Shown: positions 1-7,622, numbered from the stretch's first letter. The stretch: DNA of 24,000 nucleotides from Alphaproteobacteria bacterium (GCA_036555425.1 DATBLL010000084.1:34316-58315); one strand, 5' to 3'. Notes: generated by a model from the sequence alone, not told the origin. Made by a program: numbers and translations.

Positions 1-816
1 ATCCACGAGCGCCTGCCCGGCATCGCCGAAACCTCGCGCATCTTCGCCGGCGTCGACGTCACCAAGGAGCCGATCCCGGTGCTGCCGACGAGCCACTACA
101 ACATGGGCGGCGTGCCCGCGAACTACAAAGGCGAGTGCGTCACGGTCAAGGACGGCAATCCGGACAAGGTCATCCCCGGCCTGATGGCGATCGGCGAGGC
201 GGCCTGCGTCTCGGTGCACGGCGCCAACCGCCTCGGCTCCAACTCGCTGCTCGATCTCGTCGTCTTCGGCCGCGCCGCGGCGCTCCATTGCGCCGCGACG
301 ATCACGCCGGGCGAGAAGCACCCGCCGCTCAAGAACGGCGCCACCGATACGGCGCTCGACCGCTTTGATCGCCTGCGCCATGCCAACGGCGGCACGCCCA
401 CGGCCAAGCTCCGCCTCGACATGCAGAAGGTCATGCAGGCCGATTGCGCGGTGTTCCGCACCGGCAAGGTGCTGAAGGAGGGCGCCGCCAAGCTGAAGCA
501 GGTTTGGGATGCGAAGCAGGACATCAAAGTGTCCGACCGCTCGCTGATCTGGAATTCCGATCTCGCCGAGACGCTGGAATTCGACAACCTCATCTACCAG
601 GCGATGGTGTCGATCGTGTCGGCCGAGAACCGCCAGGAAAGCCGGGGCGCCCACGCGCGCGAGGATTTCCCGAAGCGCGACGACAAGAATTGGTTGAAGC
701 ACACGGTGGCGTGGTGCGACGAGAAGGGCAACGTCAAGCTCGACTACCGCCCGGTGCACTTGAACACGCTCACCAACGACGTGCAGAGTTTCCCGCCGAA
801 GGAGCGGGTCTACTGA
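1..816 (+). CDS. sdhA: succinate dehydrogenase flavoprotein subunit, C-terminal part (5' end lies upstream of the window)
   Basis: Frame 1 is open from base 1. Translation [37 protein letters not shown]...[19 protein letters not shown]...[20 protein letters not shown] matches the conserved SdhA/FrdA C-terminal region. The stop TGA 814-816 overlaps the next ATG (TGATG). Confidence 0.97.
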   Translation: MHERLPGIAETSRIFAGVDVTKEPIPVLPTSHYNMGGVPANYKGECVTVKDGNPDKVIPGLMAIGEAACVSVHGANRLGSNSLLDLVVFGRAAALHCAATITPGEKHPPLKNGATDTALDRFDRLRHANGGTPTAKLRLDMQKVMQADCAVFRTGKVLKEGAAKLKQVWDAKQDIKVSDRSLIWNSDLAETLEFDNLIYQAMVSIVSAENRQESRGAHAREDFPKRDDKNWLKHTVAWCDEKGNVKLDYRPVHLNTLTNDVQSFPPKERVY

Positions 817-1595
817 TGGCCGAATTCACGCTGCCCCAGAACTCCAAGATCAAGCCGGGCAAGACCTGGCCCGCGCCGGCCGGCGCCAAGCGCACGAAGA
901 AATTCCGCATTTATCGTTGGGACCCGGATACGAACGAGAATCCGCGCCTCGACACCTACGAGGTCGATCTCGACACCTGCGGGCCGATGGTCTTGGACGC
1001 GATCATCAAGATCAAGAACGAGATCGATGCGACCTTGACCTTCCGCCGCTCCTGCCGCGAGGGCGTGTGCGGCTCCTGCGCGATGAACATCGACGGCACC
1101 AACACGCTCGCCTGCACCAAGTACATCTCCGACGTGAAGGGCGACGTCGCCATCTATCCGCTGCCGCACATGGACGTGGTGAAGGACTTGGTGTCCGATC
1201 TCACCGAGGCCTATGCGCAGCTGGCACTGATCGAGCCCTGGCTCAAGAGCAAGAGCCCGCCGCCGACGCGGGAGCGTCTGCAATCGGCCGAGGAGCGCGC
1301 CAAGCTCGACGGGCTCTGGGAGTGCATCCTCTGCTTCTGCTGCACCACCTCGTGCCCCTCATATTGGTGGAACAGCGACCGCTATCTCGGGCCCGCGGTG
1401 CTGCTCCAGGCCTATCGCTGGATCGCCGACAGCCGCGACGAGGAGACCGGCGAGCGCCTCGACGCGCTCGAAGACCCGTTCCGCCTATACCGCTGCCACA
1501 CGATCATGAACTGCACCAACACCTGCCCCAAGGGCCTGAACCCCGCCAAGGCGATCGCCGAAACCAAGAAGCTGATGGTGGCGCGAAAGGGGTAG
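816..1595 (+). CDS. sdhB: succinate dehydrogenase iron-sulfur subunit
   Basis: ATG at 816 overlaps the sdhA stop by 1 nt. The 259-aa product carries the three Fe-S cysteine clusters typical of SdhB ([46 protein letters not shown]). The upstream part of track ORF 444..1595 is an out-of-frame overlap of sdhA. Confidence 0.97.
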   Translation: MAEFTLPQNSKIKPGKTWPAPAGAKRTKKFRIYRWDPDTNENPRLDTYEVDLDTCGPMVLDAIIKIKNEIDATLTFRRSCREGVCGSCAMNIDGTNTLACTKYISDVKGDVAIYPLPHMDVVKDLVSDLTEAYAQLALIEPWLKSKSPPPTRERLQSAEERAKLDGLWECILCFCCTTSCPSYWWNSDRYLGPAVLLQAYRWIADSRDEETGERLDALEDPFRLYRCHTIMNCTNTCPKGLNPAKAIAETKKLMVARKG

Positions 1596-1597
1596 GA

Positions 1598-1615
1598 GCC
1601 CGCGATAGCGCGGGC
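1598..1615 (+). terminator. possible stem-loop just after sdhB (GCCCGCG-ATAG-CGCGGGC)
   Basis: A 7-bp perfect GC stem with a 4-nt loop starts 3 nt after the sdhB stop. No U-tract follows, so terminator function is uncertain. Confidence 0.3.
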
Positions 1616-1670
1616 CGGCAACGCGAAAGCGCAACGATGCACTGCGTCGCGCCGCCGGCCCCCGCCTCCC

Positions 1671-1928
1671 TCACGCGGTGCGCGACCGAATCGACTTGAC
1701 CAGCACGGGCTCGCGCCTGTGCAGCGCCGGCTTGGCGCGGGTAAAGAGGCGACGGAGCGCCGCGAACCATGCGTCGAAGACGCCCGCCAAGGCCTCGGCG
1801 CGCATCTGCTGCGCCTTGTTCATGTAGTAGTCGTATTCGATGGGAGTGATTTCGAGACTCAGCGGGCGCCGGAGGTGCCACGCGAGGGGGGAATGCGCTG
1901 CGTTGTCGGTGTCCACGGAAGACCTCAT
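1671..1928 (-). CDS. small hypothetical protein (85 aa from ATG 1928)
   Basis: Minus-strand ORF. The track start at 1988 is a GTG lying inside the AT-rich motif region, so I prefer the internal ATG at 1926-1928 (MRSSVDTDN...). A GGAGG lies about 18 nt upstream of that ATG. The segment EYDYYMNKAQQMRAEALAGVFDAWFAALRRLF resembles small conserved alphaproteobacterial proteins. That family assignment is from memory only. Confidence 0.45.
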   Translation of the reverse strand: MRSSVDTDNAAHSPLAWHLRRPLSLEITPIEYDYYMNKAQQMRAEALAGVFDAWFAALRRLFTRAKPALHRREPVLVKSIRSRTA

Positions 1929-1974
1929 CTCATGACGAGGCGTCTTCCTCCCCGAGCCGCGGCCTAGCGCCGTC

Positions 1975-2047
1975 CTATTGCATTGCACAATAAAATTTAT
2001 ACGGCAATTATTGCAAATTCAAGAGAGATATTGCATTGCATAAAAAT
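1975..2047 (-). promoter_or_regulatory. AT-rich promoter/operator-like region with repeated ATTGC half-sites, upstream of the small ORF
   Basis: Exact decamer TTGCATTGCA at 1978-1987 and 2031-2040. Palindrome GCAAT-T-ATTGC at 2004-2014. The local AT-richness contrasts sharply with the rest of the window. The region lies 50-120 nt upstream of ATG 1928 on the minus strand. Confidence 0.4.
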
Positions 2048-2070
2048 CATCACATCTGCCCCGCGCGGCA

Positions 2071-3078
2071 TCATCGTGCCGCTCCGCTGGGCGCCCGGCC
2101 GGCGAGCCAGTTCTTGGCCGCGCCGGCGCCAAGCGTGAACAGGCGCTGGATGAATTGCCAATCGTTGTTGAGCTTGGCGCCGGCCGAATCGAGCCGGGCA
2201 TAGTCCGCAATCTCGATCTTCTCGTAGCGGCCGAGGCCTTTGAGCTCGCGGAGGAGCGTGGCGTTGCCCATGATCTGGTTGAGGCGGTTGGCGATGCCGG
2301 GTGCGGATTTCGGCAGCTCGGGCGCCGCGCTCGCGTTCAAGATCACGAACAGTAGCCGCGCACGGCGCGCGAATTTCCGTAGCGGCTCGACCGGCGGATT
2401 GGCGGTGAAGCCGCCGTCCCAATAGTGACGCCCGTCGATCTCGACCGCGTGGAAGAGCTGCGGCAGGCAGGCTGAGGCGAGCACGGCCGCGAGCGAAATC
2501 TCGCCATTGGCGAAGGTGCGCGCCTTGCCGGTGCCGACATCGGTGGCGGAGACGAAAAGGCGCGGCGCCTCGGGCCGGCGCAGCAAGTCGAAATCGACGA
2601 GGTCGCCCAAGATCTCGCGCAGCGGATTGTGGTTGAGCGGATTGAAGTGATAGGGCGAGACCGGCAGCGCCGCCGGCCACATCATGCGCTCGCGCCAATG
2701 ATCGAGCCAGGCGCCGAGCGCGGGCCCGGAATAGGCCGGCGTCTTGCGGCTCGCGCGCTCCCAGAATTGGCGCAGCACATGGCGCGCCCGCGCCGGTCCG
2801 CCTTGCATCAGGCCCGAGGCGAGCAGCACGGCATTGACGGCGCCGGCGGAGGCGCCGCTCGCCGCCGCGCAGGCGAAGTCGGGCGCGGCAAGGAGGCCAT
2901 CGAGGACACCCCAGGTGAACGCGCCGAGCGCGCCGCCGCCCTGGAGCCCGAGCGCCAGCGGCGCGCGCGGCTCAAGGGCGCGGCCGAGCGCCTGGAACAA
3001 TCTTGCTGCGCGATGGCGGATTTCTGCCTCCACGGCCGCGGATATTGCAGCGCAATCGTAAATGCTGCATTGCAACAT
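2071..3078 (-). CDS. patatin-like phospholipase family protein
   Basis: 335-aa ORF with the patatin oxyanion/glycine-rich motif LQGGGALGAFTWGVLDGL and nucleophile motif GASAGA (G-x-S-x-G). An aspartate-containing WDGG region lies further downstream. The first ~13 codons after ATG 3078 are atypically AT-rich, so the true start may be the GTG at 3033. Confidence 0.85.
   Translation of the reverse strand: MLQCSIYDCAAISAAVEAEIRHRAARLFQALGRALEPRAPLALGLQGGGALGAFTWGVLDGLLAAPDFACAAASGASAGAVNAVLLASGLMQGGPARARHVLRQFWERASRKTPAYSGPALGAWLDHWRERMMWPAALPVSPYHFNPLNHNPLREILGDLVDFDLLRRPEAPRLFVSATDVGTGKARTFANGEISLAAVLASACLPQLFHAVEIDGRHYWDGGFTANPPVEPLRKFARRARLLFVILNASAAPELPKSAPGIANRLNQIMGNATLLRELKGLGRYEKIEIADYARLDSAGAKLNNDWQFIQRLFTLGAGAAKNWLAGRAPSGAAR
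3044..3074 (-). promoter_or_regulatory. second ATTGC half-site cluster at the 5' end of the patatin ORF
   Basis: ATTGC-AGC-GCAAT at 3044-3056 and TGCATTGCA at 3066-3074. This is the same word as the decamers at 1978 and 2031, and it overlaps the annotated ATG 3078. Confidence 0.3.
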
Positions 3079-3157
3079 AACGGGTCCGTTGCGGCAGATT
3101 CATGGCAGCGGGGCGAATTGCCCACAGCGCCGCGGCGCCCTTCGAGCGAGAGGGAGG

Positions 3158-3274
3158 AAGAAATGAAACCACGGAGGACACGGCGGACACAGAGAGGAAA
3201 AGTCATGCGCGCCCTTGGCGCCCCTCCTAACCTTCTCCGTGCTCTCCGTGCAGTCCGTGGTTCCCTTCATTCTT
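3158..3274. repeat. 117-bp imperfect inverted repeat; each arm holds three 9-bp CACGGAGRN-type iterations
   Basis: The purine-rich left arm (3158-3198) contains CACGGAGGA, CACGGCGGA and CACAGAGAGGA. The pyrimidine-rich right arm (3233-3274) contains CTCCGTG, CTCTCCGTG and CAGTCCGTG. The outer ends AAGAAATGAAACCACGGA and TCCGTGGTTCCCTTCATTCTT are nearly complementary. Confidence 0.7.
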
Positions 3275-3288
3275 GAGTCATCGCGCAC

Positions 3289-3981
3289 TCACCGCTGTGC
3301 GAGATCGATGCCGAAGGTGTCGCGCAACCCGGCGCGGCCCTTCGCGGTGATGGTCACCGCGCGCGTATCGCGGATGCGCGTGATCCAGCCGAGCTCGAAG
3401 CAGCGCGAGGCGAGTGCCGCGCCGACGGCGCCGGCAATGTGCGGGCGGCGCTCGCTCCAGTCGATGCAGGGCCGGCAGAAGGCGCGGCGCGTGCGCCGGG
3501 CGAGATCGAGCCCGAACGCGGTCAGGAATTCCGTGCCCGAGGGCGTGACGACGCCGCCGTCCTCGCCGAATTCGACATGGCCGCGCGCGACCAGCGCATC
3601 GGCGAGCGCCACGCCGAGCCATCCCGCGAGGTGGTCGTAACAATAGCGCGCGTGGCGCACGGCGTCGTCGGTCGCCGAGCGCGGGCGATGGCGCGGCGGC
3701 CCCTCGATCGCCGCCATCGCGTTGATGCTCTCGAGCATGGCACTCACCAACGGCGAGGCGAGGCGGAAATAGCGATGCCGGCCCTGCTGCGCGACGCTCA
3801 AGAGGCGCCCGTCGACGAGCTTGGCCAAATGCCCGCTCGCAGTCTGCGGCGTGATGCGCGCCAAGAAGGCGAGCTCGGTCGCGGTCAGCGCGCGGCCGTC
3901 CGCGAGCGCCATCAGGATGTTGGCGCGGGTGGGATCGCCCACGAGCGCCGCTATTTCCGCCGTCTGCGTTCCCGTCGCCAT
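3289..3981 (-). CDS. ArsR/SmtB-type winged-helix transcriptional regulator with a long C-terminal extension (230 aa)
   Basis: In-frame ATG at 3981 within the chimeric 587-aa track ORF. The N-terminus LVGDPTRANILMALADGRALTATELAFLARITPQTASGHLAKLVDGRLLSVAQQGRHRYFRL is a typical ArsR-family HTH. About 130 further residues follow (CYDHLAG..., CRPCIDWSERRPH). Confidence 0.8.
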   Translation of the reverse strand: MATGTQTAEIAALVGDPTRANILMALADGRALTATELAFLARITPQTASGHLAKLVDGRLLSVAQQGRHRYFRLASPLVSAMLESINAMAAIEGPPRHRPRSATDDAVRHARYCYDHLAGWLGVALADALVARGHVEFGEDGGVVTPSGTEFLTAFGLDLARRTRRAFCRPCIDWSERRPHIAGAVGAALASRCFELGWITRIRDTRAVTITAKGRAGLRDTFGIDLAQR

Positions 3982-4116
3982 GCGAGGAAACGTGCAGCGC
4001 GCGGGCGCGCGGGGCAAGAGGAGACATTTCGGCCGCGGCCGAAGCGTTCGTGCGCGACGCGGCGGATCGGTCCGCGTAGATACGCGAGCGTGATATCTCG
4101 ATCGAAAGGACTCGCC

Positions 4117-4413
4117 ATGATCCCCCGCAATCGCTCCGCGCCTTCGCATTCGCGCCACGGCGCGTCGCCGCTCATTCCGGCGCGCCGCGCCGAACGCCGC
4201 ACCTTCGCCGCGATCGGGCTCGATCCGCCGATGCCTTCCGGCAGCGGCCTCGCACGCGCCGTCTCCGCCTTCGCGTTGTGGTGTATGCGCTGTCACGCGC
4301 GCGCCGAGCAGCGGCGGCATCTCGCCGAGCTCGACGAGCGCATGCTGAAGGATGTCGGCATCACCCCCGCCGAGGCCGCCGAAGAGAGCACCAAGCCCTG
4401 GTGGCGCGCCTGA
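4117..4413 (+). CDS. DUF1127 domain-containing small protein
   Basis: ATG 4117 is preceded by AAAGGA 7 nt upstream. The C-terminus RRHLAELDERMLKDVGITPAEAAEESTKPWW matches the DUF1127 signature (R-x-L-x-x-L-D-x-R-x-L-x-D-I/V-G). The gene is divergent from the regulator at 3981. Confidence 0.75.
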   Translation: MIPRNRSAPSHSRHGASPLIPARRAERRTFAAIGLDPPMPSGSGLARAVSAFALWCMRCHARAEQRRHLAELDERMLKDVGITPAEAAEESTKPWWRA

Positions 4414-4579
4414 AGCCGCTTGCGCCGCGCGCATGGCATATGGTGCCGGATGCGGATAGATCGGCGGAAGGCGGCGCCCTATTTTTCCGGCGTCCCGCAA
4501 TTCGCCAGCCGCCATGTCGCGCACACGCGCAGCGCCGCCCGGCGCCGCACCCGCCGCAGTCGCCGCCCGTTGGGGCGCC

Positions 4580-5485
4580 ATGAGCGCCACCGAATGGGCG
4601 CTGCTGCTGGCGCTTGCGCTGATCTGGGGCGGCTCGTTCTTCTTCAACAAGATCCTGCTCAGCGCCTTCGAGCCGCTCACCATCGTGCTCGGGCGGGCCG
4701 GCATCGCCTCGGTGGCGCTGCTTCTGCTGATCCACCTCGCCGGCGGAAGGCTGCCGCGCGCGCTCGCGGCGTGGCGCATCTTCGCCGGCATGAGCCTGCC
4801 CAACAATCTCGTGCCCTTCGCGCTCATTCTCTGGGGACAGAAGCACATCGCGAGCGGGCTCGCCGCGATCCTGAATGCGACGACTCCGCTCTTTGCCGCG
4901 ATCCTCGCGCACATACTCGCGGGCGAGCGGCTCACGGCGCATCGGCTGGCCGGCGTCCTGATCGGCATGGCCGGCGTGGCACTCATGGTCGGCGCCGAGG
5001 TCATCGCCGAGGGCCTCGGCGGCGACGTGCTGGCGCAGCTCGCCGTGCTCATGGCCGCTTTCAGCTACGGGCTCTCCTCGCTCTACGGCCGGCGCCTCGC
5101 CGCGCTCAAGATCGCGCCGCAAGCCGCCGCCGCCGGCCAGCTCACGATTACGACGCTCGCCGTGCTGCCGTTCGTGCTGCTGATCGACCGGCCATGGTCG
5201 CTGCCCGTGCCGGGCTGGCAAGTTTGGGGCGCGCTCGCCGGCCTCTCCCTGCTCAGCACCGCTCTCGCGTATGTGATCTTTTTCCGCCTGCTCTCGGGCG
5301 CGGGCGGCGTCAACGCCTCGCTCGTGACACTGCTCGTCCCGATCACGGCGCTGCTACTCGGCACGCTAATTTTGGGCGAAGCCTTCAGCGCGCGCCAAGC
5401 GGTTGGAATGACGGTGATACTTCTCGGATTGGTGATCACCGACGGGCGCGCCGGCGCCTACATCTTGCGCCGCCTCGCACGCTGA
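4580..5485 (+). CDS. DMT/EamA family transporter
   Basis: Multi-span hydrophobic protein with two EamA-like halves (WALLLALALIWGGSFFFNK..., ...LGEAFSARQAVGMTVILLGLVI). The start is either ATG 4580 (MSATEW, preferred) or ATG 4514, the longest ORF. Both are in frame. Confidence 0.85.
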   Translation: MSATEWALLLALALIWGGSFFFNKILLSAFEPLTIVLGRAGIASVALLLLIHLAGGRLPRALAAWRIFAGMSLPNNLVPFALILWGQKHIASGLAAILNATTPLFAAILAHILAGERLTAHRLAGVLIGMAGVALMVGAEVIAEGLGGDVLAQLAVLMAAFSYGLSSLYGRRLAALKIAPQAAAAGQLTITTLAVLPFVLLIDRPWSLPVPGWQVWGALAGLSLLSTALAYVIFFRLLSGAGGVNASLVTLLVPITALLLGTLILGEAFSARQAVGMTVILLGLVITDGRAGAYILRRLAR

Positions 5486-5603
5486 GCCGAGGTTCGCCGC
5501 GCGGAGCGAGACGGTGGATATCTCGAAGGCAGGAATGCCGAATCGGTATGCCGCGCGGTCGCGAAGCGGCGTATGATTGCAACCAAGAAAAGTGGGATAG
5601 GGC

Positions 5604-5936
5604 ATGCCAGGGGAACAGCACGCTTGGCGCGGCGCCGGCGCGGCGCGCCCGGTTGACCGCCGTGTCGCCGCCGAGAGCGCGATCGAGCAGGCGCTGGCCG
5701 AGCTCGCGGAGCAGCGTGCGCCCAGCGTCGATCAGCTTTCGGATCTCGCCGACGCGATCGATTCCTTGAACGAGGGCGCCTTCGATGTCGCCGCCGATCT
5801 CGCGATGGTGGCGCGGCAGGGCCGCACGCTCGCGGCCGCGCGCCGGCCGCAAAGCATGGCGCGCACGCTGCCCGACATGAAAGCGGCGTTCGAGTCTGCG
5901 CGCCGTTTCCGCGCGCAACGGGATCTTCCGGATTGA
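5604..5936 (+). CDS. hypothetical protein (110 aa)
   Basis: The plus frame has strongly G/C-biased third positions and a balanced A/E/D/L composition. The overlapping minus-strand ORF is Arg-rich, which is typical of a shadow ORF. I recognise no domain. Confidence 0.45.
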   Translation: MPGEQHAWRGAGAARPVDRRVAAESAIEQALAELAEQRAPSVDQLSDLADAIDSLNEGAFDVAADLAMVARQGRTLAAARRPQSMARTLPDMKAAFESARRFRAQRDLPD

Positions 5937-6059
5937 TTTGAAGGCGGTGCGCTGCCGTGGCCGCGGGGCCGGGCCAGCGGCGATGAGCGCGTCCGCCGGC
6001 GTGGCGTCCGCCGGTCGAAGCGCCATGTCGATGCCGTGTCGGTGCGGCGTCAACCCTTT

Positions 6060-6110
6060 GTCGGTGAAGGTCCGTGCTGGTCGGTGGTGATCCGTGCTGG
6101 TCGGTGGTGA
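6060..6110. repeat. 20-bp tandem direct repeat, about 2.5 copies
   Basis: TCCGTGCTGGTCGGTGGTGA is exact at 6071-6090 and 6091-6110. It is preceded by a diverged partial copy, GTCGGTGAAGG, at 6060-6070. The repeat lies about 85 nt upstream of the dioxygenase ATG at 6195. Confidence 0.9.
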
Positions 6111-6194
6111 AAGGGAAGGGGCGTTTCCCTTCGCCCGCCGCCGGGTGATATGTAAGGCGCCAAGCGGGCGAGACGGCCCGCGCGAGGACACGCC

Positions 6195-7004
6195 ATGCAT
6201 CTGACCCCCGACCAGCTCGCCGAGTTCGACCGCGAAGGCTTCATCGCCTTGCCGGATCTCTTCCGTCCGGACGAGGTGGCACTGCTGCGCCGCGAGGCGG
6301 ACCGCATCTATGCGGAGAAGCGCCAGGAGATCGTGCGCGAGAAGGACGGCTCGACGCCGCGTACGGCTTTCGCCGCGCACACCTTCAACGAGGCCTATCG
6401 CCGGCTCGGCCGCCATCCGCGCCTGATCCGCCCGATCGAGCAGATCCTCGGCGGCAAGCTCTACATGCACCAGTTCAAGATCAACGCCAAAGCGGCGTTC
6501 GACGGCGACGTCTGGCAGTGGCACCAGGACTACGGCACCTGGGCGCGCGACGATCTCATGCCCGAGCCGCTGGCGATGAACATCGCGCTCTATCTCGACG
6601 ACGTAACGGAATTCAACGGCCCGCTCTGGTTCATCCCACGCTCGCACAAGATGGGCGTGCTCGCGGCCGGCCACGACAAGAGCACGACGAGCTATCCGCT
6701 CTGGACGCTCGATCACGCGACGGTGGCGCGCCTCGTCGCGGAGGGCGGCGGCATCTATTCGGGCAAGGGCAAGGCCGGCACGGTGGTGATGTTCCACTCC
6801 AATCTCGTGCACGCCTCGCCGCCCAATATCTCGCCCTGGCACCGCGTCACCGTCTATCTCTCGCTCTGCCGGGTCGACAACCACATCCGCCAGTTCAAGC
6901 GGCCCGACTGGATCGCGCACCGCGACTTCACGCCGATCGAGCCGCTGCCCGACGATTGCCTGGCGGAGCTGGCTCGCGCCGCGGCGCGCCCGCATGCCGC
7001 GTGA
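6195..7004 (+). CDS. phytanoyl-CoA dioxygenase (PhyH) family Fe(II)/2-oxoglutarate dioxygenase, ectoine-hydroxylase-like
   Basis: 269 aa. The WQWHQDYGTW motif (H-x-D of the facial triad) and the distal FHSNLVHAS histidine fit the PhyH/EctD-type fold. The N-terminus LTPDQLAEFDREGFIALPDLF is typical of the family. Confidence 0.85.
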   Translation: MHLTPDQLAEFDREGFIALPDLFRPDEVALLRREADRIYAEKRQEIVREKDGSTPRTAFAAHTFNEAYRRLGRHPRLIRPIEQILGGKLYMHQFKINAKAAFDGDVWQWHQDYGTWARDDLMPEPLAMNIALYLDDVTEFNGPLWFIPRSHKMGVLAAGHDKSTTSYPLWTLDHATVARLVAEGGGIYSGKGKAGTVVMFHSNLVHASPPNISPWHRVTVYLSLCRVDNHIRQFKRPDWIAHRDFTPIEPLPDDCLAELARAAARPHAA

Positions 7005-7107
7005 GCGCCTCCCGGCTGCGCATGTTCTCCGTGCACGCGCCGCAAGACCGGTAATTCCGCATATGCTATGGTGTGGATATCGCTATCAACCAAACCGGGG
7101 CAAGACC

Positions 7108-7557
7108 ATGCATCGCTTCCGTCTCGCCGCCCTCGCGGGCGCGCTCTTCGCCGCATTGGCGGCTTTCGCGGAGCCGTCCGCCGCGCAGGGCACATGGGGC
7201 GCTCTCGCCTTCAGCGAGAACGGCACCGCTTATGCGTATTCGCGCAACTACGGCACGAAGGAGGAAGCGGAGCAGGGCGCCCTCTCCGAATGCGCAAAGT
7301 ATGCCAGCGACTGCAAGATCTACGACACCTTCCAGAATCGCTGCACCTCGCTGGCCGGCTCGCCCAACGGCGTCTATGGCTGGGCCTGGGGCGGCGAGGT
7401 GCCGGCGCGGCAGGCGCGGGCGGTGGCCCAGTGCACGCAGCAGGGCGGCACGGACTGCAAGATGGTGGTGAATTTCTGCACCGGATCGGCCAGCGACGGC
7501 AGCGAGACGCCGCCCGCGCCGAGTCCCGGCCCGTCGCCGAGCCCGCAGAAGGAATAG
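7108..7557 (+). CDS. secreted DUF4189 domain protein, paralog 1
   Basis: ATG 7108. Signal peptide MHRFRLAALAGALFAALAAFAEPSAAQG. Core WGALAFSENGTAYAYS...GWAWGG with six Cys residues. Pro/Ser-rich tail PPAPSPGPSPSP. Confidence 0.8.
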   Translation: MHRFRLAALAGALFAALAAFAEPSAAQGTWGALAFSENGTAYAYSRNYGTKEEAEQGALSECAKYASDCKIYDTFQNRCTSLAGSPNGVYGWAWGGEVPARQARAVAQCTQQGGTDCKMVVNFCTGSASDGSETPPAPSPGPSPSPQKE

Positions 7558-7622
7558 GCGTCTTGACCTTGACCCACGGCGGGGGCCCGGCCGCGCCCCG
7601 CCGCGAACCGAGCGAGGATGCC

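Noticed and set aside
2002-2016. Sigma-54-like CGGCA...TTGCA promoter
   Set aside because: The distance from GG to GC is 10 nt. The consensus TGGCAC-N5-TTGCA has 12 nt, so it does not fit the -24/-12 geometry.
2071-3078. Patatin-like lipase as a CBASS or other phage-defence effector
   Set aside because: No cyclase, nucleotidyltransferase, sensor or other defence-associated partner gene is adjacent. The neighbours are a small ORF and housekeeping sdh genes. It looks like a stand-alone patatin/DUF3734-type lipase.
3163-3276. 37-aa ORF (MKPRRTRRTQRGKVMRALGAPPNLLRALRAVRGSLHS) with a strong GGAGG 6 nt upstream
   Set aside because: The apparent SD sequence and the ORF lie entirely inside the purine-rich and pyrimidine-rich arms of the inverted repeat. 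The repeat explains both features without any coding. The peptide is extremely basic and low in complexity. I did not call it as a gene, but ribosome profiling could revisit this.
4425-4460. TGGCATATGGTGCC as a sigma-54 promoter or regulatory palindrome upstream of the EamA gene
   Set aside because: The spacing is again too short for a -24/-12 promoter, and the self-complementarity is poor.
3289-5052. 587-aa minus-strand ORF taken at face value
   Set aside because: Only the last 230 codons (3289-3981) look like a real protein, the ArsR-type regulator. The upstream part runs antisense through the DUF1127 and EamA genes and is Arg/Ala-rich with low complexity.
5436-6995. 519-aa minus-strand ORF, one of the longest in the track
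   Set aside because: It is Arg/Ala/Gly-rich with shadow-like composition. It lies antisense to the well-supported PhyH dioxygenase (6195-7004) and to the plus-strand ORF at 5604-5936. This is typical of GC-driven antisense open frames.
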